Shown piece after piece: positions 26,995 through 33,989 of a stretch of 34,293 nucleotides of DNA; the first letter of the stretch is position 1, and every line of letters starts with the position of its first letter. Source of the stretch: a virus (Duplodnaviria > Caudoviricetes); the IMG/VR virus record IMGVR_UViG_3300031954_000037, positions 1-34,293 of that record; one strand, given 5' to 3'. The position numbers were made by a program, and so were the translations under genes. The notes under the pieces were generated by a model. That model made no database searches, was not told the DNA's origin, and saw only the letters and a program-made list of their open reading frames with translations.

Positions 26995-27762
26995 TCAGTC
27001 GTAATGGACCAGCTTCCCCGTGTCCGCGGGCGGAAAGATCTCATCGAGCGTGGTGCGCAGACGGCGATCGAGCACGGCTCGCTCCACCGCTTGCCTAAAC
27101 TCGTCTTTGGCTTCCACGTAGGGCGTGGCCGCGGCAAACCGCAGCTCTAGCTGATTAGGCGTCAACACGGAGCGCATATTCCGTACATCGTGAAAGCCGA
27201 AAGTGTTGTGCAGGATCGGTCGCCCGTGCTCATAGGAAAACAGCACCGCGACATCCCGCGGCGCCCATGTGAAACCTTCCTTTTCGAGCTCCGGCCGCAA
27301 GGTCCGGCACAGCACGGCATCTTCATCCGCGGTGGGGCTCATATCCATCTGATGTAGGCGCTGTAGCAACCGCTTGCTGCGCAAGCTGAAGCCGCCGTTC
27401 CCTACGTTCATCGCATCTTGAATCCATGGCCATGGAGCGCCGATGTAGTCATACTGCAGCCAGGCATCTGACCACATTTGTTCATCGATGACCCAGCTAT
27501 CCCACTGCTGGATGAGCGCATGCGAGGTATTCAAAAACATGGGAACGTGGCGCCAGATCATCGCGGCCCAATCGCCGACTCCCTTTAGCGGAGCTATCTT
27601 GCGCACGGGCAAATCACCCATCTTCTGGTCGTCATCCGAGAAAATGAGGATCTCACCCGGCTCGATCCGGGTCAGCGTCTCTTCGATCGCCATACGCGAC
27701 AGGACGTGCGCATCCGTGTCGACCAGCACCAGAGTCACATCAGGCAAGGGTAATGCGTTCAC
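26995..27762 (-). CDS. DUF5672-family putative glycosyltransferase
   Basis: ALIQQWDSWV, YDYIGAPW, VGNGGFSLRSK, ED...C, FS.E, FGFH. Start re-called at GTG 27762 (GTGA overlap, AAAGGA upstream). Confidence 0.85.
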   Translation of the reverse strand: MNALPLPDVTLVLVDTDAHVLSRMAIEETLTRIEPGEILIFSDDDQKMGDLPVRKIAPLKGVGDWAAMIWRHVPMFLNTSHALIQQWDSWVIDEQMWSDAWLQYDYIGAPWPWIQDAMNVGNGGFSLRSKRLLQRLHQMDMSPTADEDAVLCRTLRPELEKEGFTWAPRDVAVLFSYEHGRPILHNTFGFHDVRNMRSVLTPNQLELRFAAATPYVEAKDEFRQAVERAVLDRRLRTTLDEIFPPADTGKLVHYD

Positions 27763-28772
27763 ATCAGATCCTTTGTGGTCCACGTGGTCGGCAACGAGGG
27801 CCCGTGAATTTCCAGCCCCAGGTGATGCCGGAAGGGCGCCGGGCCGCGCTTGCGAATGAAATCGACCAGGTGCCGCAAGCCGTCTTCGAGGGATGTTTGT
27901 GGGGCGGAGCCAAATCCTAAACAGCGGCGTGCGGTGGCGGCGCTGCAATAGGCATCTGGCACCTCCGCGGGGCGGCCAGGTAGAAAGATCGGGTCGCATG
28001 GCATATTGACCAGCCGAGAGATCATCTGGGCGAGCTCTAGGATGGTCACCATACCCTCGTCGGGGCCGAGATTGATGGTGCGCCAGACGGCCGCGTCTTC
28101 AATGCCCATCATGCCCAGATACGGCACGACATCATCGATGTAAGAGAAACACCGCTGATGGCTGCCGTCACCATAAATGATAGGTTGTTTCCCCTGCAGC
28201 ATGCGGTTCGCGAAGATCGCCGCGACATTGCGGTAGGGATCGGTATAGCGCTGCCGCGGACCATAGATGTTGTGCGGCACGGCGATGGCATATTCGACGT
28301 GGTGCACATGCGCCAGCGATCGCAACAGACGCTCCGCTGCCTCTTTAGCAATCCCATACGGATCGCATGGCCGTGGGCAATCGGATTCATTGAAGGGTGG
28401 GCCTATATCGCCATAGCGGGCCATCGATGAGCAAAACACGATGCGCCGGACTCCCGCTTCTATCGCGGCCGAGAAGACGCGCGCGGAGCCGGCGAAGATG
28501 TTTTCGCACACATAACCTGGCGCGAAGACGCTGGCGCCCTCATAGGCAGCCGCGGCGCAGTGATACACCACATCGCAACCATACATGTCCACTGGACGGA
28601 TATCCAAAATATCCAGCTTGGCCACATTGGAGCTGCAGGCATAGGGGATGTTGCGGAAGTCCCCGGTGACGAGGTTATCGCATCCCCACACCCGATGCTG
28701 ACCCTGCGCGAGCAGCCAATCGGCGAGATGCGACCCGAGGAAACCGGCGATGCCCGTGATGTAGACTTTCAC
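27759..28772 (-). CDS. NAD-dependent NDP-sugar epimerase/dehydratase (extended SDR)
   Basis: ITGIAGFLGSHL Rossmann motif, HCAA, SS.A.YG, YGIAK (YxxxK), NIYGP, YGDG...R.F.YIDDV. Confidence 0.95.
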   Translation of the reverse strand: MKVYITGIAGFLGSHLADWLLAQGQHRVWGCDNLVTGDFRNIPYACSSNVAKLDILDIRPVDMYGCDVVYHCAAAAYEGASVFAPGYVCENIFAGSARVFSAAIEAGVRRIVFCSSMARYGDIGPPFNESDCPRPCDPYGIAKEAAERLLRSLAHVHHVEYAIAVPHNIYGPRQRYTDPYRNVAAIFANRMLQGKQPIIYGDGSHQRCFSYIDDVVPYLGMMGIEDAAVWRTINLGPDEGMVTILELAQMISRLVNMPCDPIFLPGRPAEVPDAYCSAATARRCLGFGSAPQTSLEDGLRHLVDFIRKRGPAPFRHHLGLEIHGPSLPTTWTTKDLM

Positions 28773-29230
28773 AGCAGCAGCGCCTTGACGATGTCGACCG
28801 CCTCATCGAGCGTGGGCACACGAAAACCGATGCACTCGTTCAGCATGCCGTGCTCATGCACATCCAGCTTGTCATTCATGGTCGCCACGATCGGCGTGCG
28901 CCGCAGATCTGCCCAAGCAATCTCCATGACGGAGCCGATCGAAACGGCCTTGGCACCCAGCAGATGGACCAGCAGCACGTCGCAGCGCGTGGCATCCCAA
29001 CGATCGCGCGTCGTGATCCCCCGATGCGATGAGAGGCAGTTGAAGGTGCCATAATCGACCGTGCTGTCGAGCGCCTCCTGGCCGCGCACCCGCAGATACG
29101 ACTTGGCCCGCATGGGAGACAGCGCCTTGATCCCGACATCCGCGAGCTCGCGGGCGACCGCCTCACGCCAGTCGACGACGCCATCATAGGTCAAGCCGCT
29201 AATGGGCCCGGCGAGGTAGACCGTCTTCAT
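28769..29230 (-). CDS. Nucleoside 2-deoxyribosyltransferase / NMP N-glycosidase-like protein
   Basis: VYLAGPI, W..R, LSPMR, RD..D..RCD.LLV, S.GSVMEIAWA. Confidence 0.85.
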   Translation of the reverse strand: MKTVYLAGPISGLTYDGVVDWREAVARELADVGIKALSPMRAKSYLRVRGQEALDSTVDYGTFNCLSSHRGITTRDRWDATRCDVLLVHLLGAKAVSIGSVMEIAWADLRRTPIVATMNDKLDVHEHGMLNECIGFRVPTLDEAVDIVKALLL

Positions 29231-30648
29231 CGTTCCCTGACCATCTGCTCGATCCGTTCCTTAACGTAAGTCATGGGGGTGGTCCAATCGAAGCGCGTCC
29301 GCTGCGTGACGAGCTCCATCGTCGGATACCACGGCGTGTCGGTACGATTGCGGAGCCATCGCCAGCAGCGCGCATATTGGCAGAGCCCGATCGTCGGGAT
29401 GCCGAGCGCGCCGGCGAGGTGTAGCGGCGCGGTGTCGACGCTCACCACGACATCTAGGCGGCGCATCAGATCCGCCGTGTCCAGCCAGTTTTCCATGCGG
29501 CCATCGAGATCTATGATGGCGACATCGCCGCCGGTTTTTTTCAGATCACCGGCGCGGCCCTTCTGTAAGGAATACACCTGCACGCCGCGGATCTCGGTCA
29601 GGCAGAGAAAGCGCTCCAGCTGAGCCGAGCGCTCTTTATCGGGATCGAGTCCGGGTCGACCAGCCCACACGATGCCCACACGTAGTTTGGTGCCCGTCGA
29701 CGCGGCGACCTTGGTCGGGATGGGCCCCGGCGGCCGTACATAGGGACGCCAACGGCGCACACGGCGCTCTATTTCAGCCAGATCAAGACCCAGCCAACGC
29801 ACCGTCGAGTGCATCGGCGTATGGTAATCGAATGAGCGCAGCTCGTCGGTCGGGAAATCGCCGGGAAAGAGCTTGTCATACGGCACGGCGCGCGCGACGC
29901 CGGGCACCGTCTTCGCCACGCCTACCAGCGACGGCGGGACCGCGGCGAGCACATATGCGCCACGCTTGGCCAGATCTTTGGCGAACCGCATGAATTGTAT
30001 GGTGTCGCCAAATCCCTGCTCGTGATGATGTATGATCCGCTTGCCTTCCAGCGGCTCACCCTGCCATTCCGGAATCCCCAGATCCCAGACGAATTGCTTG
30101 ACCAGCTTGTGCCAGCGCGCTTCAAAATGCCTGAGCCCGGTCTGTAGATCGCCCATCGCGAGATAGGCCATCCCCAAATCCGTACGGCAATCATGCTGAT
30201 CCGGTGCGATCGCGAGGCTCATCTCAAACGCTTTGGCGGCATCCGCCGGGCGATTTTCCTGATAGAGCGCGATCCCGAGGTTATGCCATAGCTTGGGATG
30301 ATCGAGCTGACGGTCCAGCCCCTCTTTCATCGCCTTGACGGTCTCGGCAAATTGAAACAGGCTGGCATAGACGGCGCCGAGCATGCCCCAATGATGCGCG
30401 GGACGATCGTTAATGACGATGGCCCGACGGGCGAGCGCTAGCGCCATCGCTGGGCGCCCAGCATTCACCTCAATCTCAGCCAGCGCGTTGGCGGCGCCGG
30501 CGTGGTCCGGTGTGGCGTGGAGCTGCGCTTGAAAAAGGGTGCGGGCCGCGTCGAGATTGCCCGCCTGGCGGGCCGCGAAACCGTCTGAGTAGAAATCTAG
30601 CTTCTTCGCCGATTCGTTGGCGAAGACGTTATCGAGCCCGACTGCCAT
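29227..30648 (-). CDS. TPR-repeat plus GT-B (GT9-like) glycosyltransferase
   Basis: N-terminal TPRs (WGMLGAVY, WHNLGIALY, DLGMAYL), then W.GE.L.GK, EQGFGDTIQF.RF, VGIVWAG.P, LDVVVSVDT..LHLAGALG, WRW......PWYP. Confidence 0.92.
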   Translation of the reverse strand: MAVGLDNVFANESAKKLDFYSDGFAARQAGNLDAARTLFQAQLHATPDHAGAANALAEIEVNAGRPAMALALARRAIVINDRPAHHWGMLGAVYASLFQFAETVKAMKEGLDRQLDHPKLWHNLGIALYQENRPADAAKAFEMSLAIAPDQHDCRTDLGMAYLAMGDLQTGLRHFEARWHKLVKQFVWDLGIPEWQGEPLEGKRIIHHHEQGFGDTIQFMRFAKDLAKRGAYVLAAVPPSLVGVAKTVPGVARAVPYDKLFPGDFPTDELRSFDYHTPMHSTVRWLGLDLAEIERRVRRWRPYVRPPGPIPTKVAASTGTKLRVGIVWAGRPGLDPDKERSAQLERFLCLTEIRGVQVYSLQKGRAGDLKKTGGDVAIIDLDGRMENWLDTADLMRRLDVVVSVDTAPLHLAGALGIPTIGLCQYARCWRWLRNRTDTPWYPTMELVTQRTRFDWTTPMTYVKERIEQMVRER

Positions 30649-30676
30649 TTATCCCTCGTGTGGTAGCTTCCGACCA

Positions 30677-30702
30677 GGGCCGCACCTTTTACGGTGCGGC
30701 CC
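30677..30702. other. Perfect 10-bp intergenic stem-loop
   Basis: GGGCCGCACC-ttttac-GGTGCGGCCC, with an outer CCGAC/GTCGG pair (30670-30674, 30709-30713). No U-tract follows on the coding strand. Confidence 0.75.
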
Positions 30703-30735
30703 AGCTCAGTCGGCGGGGGTGGTTGTTGCCGTACC

Positions 30736-31476
30736 TCAGCCTGGGGCGAGGAAACTGTAATAGAGCTGATACGCGACCGTGGTTGCGGGCGCGGTGTGCG
30801 GCGTGAAGGAGCCGAGCGTCACAGAGCTAAAGGTGCCGATGTTCGTTCCCTGATCGGTCGACGTGGCCGCCAAGCTGGCTTGATCCATCTCTTTGACCGC
30901 GGTCAGAGACGTGATCGATGTGCCGGGCGGGACCGGCACGCCTACGGTGGCCGTGGTGCCCGCATACAGGAACGGCGAGCCGATCGTGGCATTTAAGCCG
31001 GTAATGGTCGCTGAGCTCAGGACAGCAACGCACTTGCTGAGATGCAGGGTGTTGCCGGCCACGCCTGCGGTGCCTGCTGGCGTGGACAGGGACAGCAGAT
31101 CGGTCGTGGAGAGACCGTCGTTGGCGAGATAGATAACGGTCAGAGTGCCCGTCATCGCCGCGGTGTTGCCGCCGATCACGAAATCAACGTTCCGCATCGG
31201 GACCGGCTGAGCCGCAACCGACAAACCGCCATTGGTCATCGTCACCGAAGCGATCATGGCGGCCGCTGATGCCGCCGCGATCGTGGTGCTCGCCGAGCTC
31301 CAATATCCCAGCTGCGACAACCCGATCACCCAGCCCGCGTTTTCCAGCGCGTTGCGGTGCAGCGGGCTGACCGAAATCGTGCCATCGGATGCGACCGTGG
31401 TCGTGCTGCCATCGGGCAGGACTACCTCGCCAGTCACACCGGACGGCGCAAACATTTTGATGTTGGCAAGAGCCAT
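30736..31476 (-). CDS. Ser/Thr/Ala-rich probable virion protein
   Basis: Start re-called at ATG 31476. 246 aa, beta-rich, few charged residues. Confidence 0.7.
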   Translation of the reverse strand: MALANIKMFAPSGVTGEVVLPDGSTTTVASDGTISVSPLHRNALENAGWVIGLSQLGYWSSASTTIAAASAAAMIASVTMTNGGLSVAAQPVPMRNVDFVIGGNTAAMTGTLTVIYLANDGLSTTDLLSLSTPAGTAGVAGNTLHLSKCVAVLSSATITGLNATIGSPFLYAGTTATVGVPVPPGTSITSLTAVKEMDQASLAATSTDQGTNIGTFSSVTLGSFTPHTAPATTVAYQLYYSFLAPG

Positions 31477-31557
31477 GAGGGAATCCCCGCCCAAAAAACA
31501 GGTAGTGAGTGGCCGAACCTATCACAGACAATGCAAGCGCCGTGTTGGACCTCTCCC

Positions 31558-31950
31558 TTAGCGATCGTGTCGCAAGCCTACCTGATAGGTCAGCTGGTCG
31601 GCCGCAACAGCCGCGGAGGATGTCGGGCTCGCCCTATAAGGCAGATCGTGCGGCATCTCGTGTCGTGGCGTGCCAAAATCTAACTTGGCGCGACGATCAT
31701 CGTGGAACCAGACGCCATGCGGCATGGGCTTGAGCTGCCGCGGCGGCACGTCGGGCCCCAGTTTGGAATATGGGCTGACCCGCATTCTCTTGATCCGCTT
31801 CATATATGCTGAGTAGCATGGCGTGCGCATGCCACATGTGGAACGATCCCGGAAATCACTGTTGGATTCTCCGGGTTTTTGGAGAAGTGGTGTCTGGCAT
31901 TCAGCGCATCTTTTGTTGCGCTCTACCAATACAGGAAATCGGATTCTCAA
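31558..31950 (-). CDS. Small basic protein with a putative Cys4 zinc finger
   Basis: CAEC...C(GMRTP)C. TTG start overlaps the terL TGA. Confidence 0.6.
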   Translation of the reverse strand: MRIRFPVLVERNKRCAECQTPLLQKPGESNSDFRDRSTCGMRTPCYSAYMKRIKRMRVSPYSKLGPDVPPRQLKPMPHGVWFHDDRRAKLDFGTPRHEMPHDLPYRASPTSSAAVAADQLTYQVGLRHDR

Positions 31951-33428
31951 GCAGCTAACCCACCATCTATAATGCGCAAGCCGCGCTGAGCAGCCATTTC
32001 TTCGGCCAATTCCTTGGTATATTGGAACATGCCCATGCCAGCGATCGGCTCTACTATCAGATCAGTAAATGCCCACACTAATGCGTCCATACGGTCAGGC
32101 GAGTCTTCAGGCTTGCGGATGAAATCAGGTGTGAACCGACACATCTGATCTTCGAGCTCTGGGAAACTGCCCACATGATGACCACGTCCCTGCTCATAGA
32201 CCATGCCCACGGGCTCGGCTCGCACTATCTTGCCGCGGGTCGCAATAACCTCTTTGACCCTGATATTCTCGTCAACTTGGTGTATGGCATTGGCGATCAT
32301 GGCGCCGCCATTGTTGACTTCTGCAACTATATAGTCGCATTCCCATAGATTGTAAAGCCTTACGGCTGTATTCACCCATTCTGAGGGTGCCATTCTGCCT
32401 GACGCATCGTCAAAGACGTATCCATGTCGGTTACTATCTCTACCTGCGACAACTATTCCCGTTTCGTTGCTATCTTCTCCACTGGTCATAGCTGGGTCGA
32501 TCGCGACGCACATGCGTTCCATGTGCTCCGGGCGAATCTTGACGGGTGCCTTATTTCCGAGCTTGTTCGCGGGCCATTTGATGCCGACATTGTCCGGCGA
32601 GCGCCGACCGGCATCGATCCATGCGCGCTGGAACACCGCGCCAGCAATATCCTCTAAAATTTCGGCGAGGATCTCTTGGCGCCCAAGTCGTGTTCCTTCA
32701 TACTTTCGTAGAATCGCGCTCAGGAATGATGGCGCCAGGTTCGCCGAATTTTCCAGAGTCGAGCCCGTGGTAACGATGCAATGTGGATCTTTTTCGAGAT
32801 CGCGGATCACCTTGATCGGCCGCGGCGTCGTGGTCACCACGCATTGCGGGTTGACGCCCAAGCGCAACCCGAACATGAGGTTGTCCCACGCCTCCATGTA
32901 GCGCCATGTCGCGAGCTCGTCACACCAGGCTAGGTCACACTCCGGGCCCCGGAGCGCGTCGGGTTGATCGGCTGAAAAGGTGGTCGCGACGGCGCCGTTA
33001 GGCCACGTCAGGCGGCGCTTCGTCGGCTCGTACTTCGGACGGTTCCACGGCGGCGAGATCCTCATGATCCCGCTCTGCCCCTCGATCATCACATCCCGGA
33101 TGTCCGATGCCGTCCGCGCTACCAGCGAGATCCGACGGCAGCGACCCGACTCCACCCGTTGGCGGACCATCTCCGCGCCCGTCCGCGATTTCCCAAACCC
33201 GCGGCCGGCCCTGATCATCCACACCCGCCAGTCCGTCGACGGCGCTATCTGTTTCGGGCGGGCCCAGAACTGCCAATTCCAGTTGAGGGATTCCGCTTCC
33301 TTCGGAGATAGTTCCGCCAAGAGAGCGTTGCGCTGCTCGTTGCTCAACGAGGCGAGCAATTCGGCGAATGAGCTGTTCTGCAGCTCCGGTGCCTTCGCCC
33401 GCACCTCCTCCAAAATCGCCAGATCCAT
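31947..33428 (-). CDS. terL: Terminase large subunit
   Basis: Walker A AGRGFGKS, LRGP, Walker B WCDE, TTTP coupling motif, nuclease AIDPA and DRMDA. Start set at ATG 33428 with GGAG 10 nt upstream. Confidence 0.96.
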   Translation of the reverse strand: MDLAILEEVRAKAPELQNSSFAELLASLSNEQRNALLAELSPKEAESLNWNWQFWARPKQIAPSTDWRVWMIRAGRGFGKSRTGAEMVRQRVESGRCRRISLVARTASDIRDVMIEGQSGIMRISPPWNRPKYEPTKRRLTWPNGAVATTFSADQPDALRGPECDLAWCDELATWRYMEAWDNLMFGLRLGVNPQCVVTTTPRPIKVIRDLEKDPHCIVTTGSTLENSANLAPSFLSAILRKYEGTRLGRQEILAEILEDIAGAVFQRAWIDAGRRSPDNVGIKWPANKLGNKAPVKIRPEHMERMCVAIDPAMTSGEDSNETGIVVAGRDSNRHGYVFDDASGRMAPSEWVNTAVRLYNLWECDYIVAEVNNGGAMIANAIHQVDENIRVKEVIATRGKIVRAEPVGMVYEQGRGHHVGSFPELEDQMCRFTPDFIRKPEDSPDRMDALVWAFTDLIVEPIAGMGMFQYTKELAEEMAAQRGLRIIDGGLAA

Positions 33429-33867
33429 TGAGTAACTTCTCCGACATGCCAAGATGGAATTTCGACAGATGAATCCAGGCGGTCACCGCCGCCGGACCAA
33501 CGCCGCGGGCGTGCTTCCATCCGAGCTCGCGCAGCGATACACGCCCGGCCGCTAGGCCTGCCTCCCATGCGTCCCGCAGCTCCGGCTTGGCCAGATACCG
33601 CTGGAAGTTCGGGAAAGACATATCGAAATGGCCCGCCGCCTCCGCTTGGGTGGGCTGCATCCGAGCAATCCGATAGACCTCTTCGGGACTAGGTCCGCTC
33701 GTGCGGCCCGCGGCCGGCACGCGCAGCGCATAGCCAGGCGCTATGGCGCCAGCGGCTTGCATGCCTGGTGATTGCGGATCTTCGTGGCGCAGAGTCCGCG
33801 GAGAACGCTCGCGCGCGATGCGGCCTTTGAGCGATCCCGTGACTGCGACTGTTTTGGAGCGAGCCAT
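32998..33867 (-). CDS. terS: Putative terminase small subunit with a long acidic tail overlapping terL
   Basis: Directly upstream of terL. HTH-like TQAEAAGHFDMS, A...G...GRVSLR...W..A, TAWIHLSKFHLG. ATG at 33867. Confidence 0.75.
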   Translation of the reverse strand: MARSKTVAVTGSLKGRIARERSPRTLRHEDPQSPGMQAAGAIAPGYALRVPAAGRTSGPSPEEVYRIARMQPTQAEAAGHFDMSFPNFQRYLAKPELRDAWEAGLAAGRVSLRELGWKHARGVGPAAVTAWIHLSKFHLGMSEKLLNGSGDFGGGAGEGTGAAEQLIRRIARLVEQRAAQRSLGGTISEGSGIPQLELAVLGPPETDSAVDGLAGVDDQGRPRVWEIADGRGDGPPTGGVGSLPSDLAGSADGIGHPGCDDRGAERDHEDLAAVEPSEVRADEAPPDVA

Positions 33868-33880
33868 CCCCGACCTTATC

Positions 33881-33922
33881 AAAAAGCAACGGCCCCGCGG
33901 GGTCGGGCATTCCGCGAGGCCG
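33881..33922 (-). terminator. Intrinsic terminator-like hairpin in the terS leader
   Basis: Minus strand CGGCCTCGCGG, 11-nt loop, CCGCGGGGCCG, then TTGCTTTTT. Confidence 0.65.
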
Positions 33923-33989
33923 CAGCCTAGCCCGATCTCAGCCGGGCAGCTTGCCTACCACAGCAAAGCTGCGGTGGTTATATCACTTG

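Noticed and set aside
1401-31485. GANTC sites in intergenic gaps (1401, 22586, 26958, 31481) as GcrA/CcrM targets
   Set aside because: Four sites against roughly two expected by chance is not persuasive, and none lies in the terS leader
33971-33978. GCGGTGGT matching the Caulobacter Chi sequence
   Set aside because: An 8-mer expected by chance in GC-rich DNA; no enrichment established
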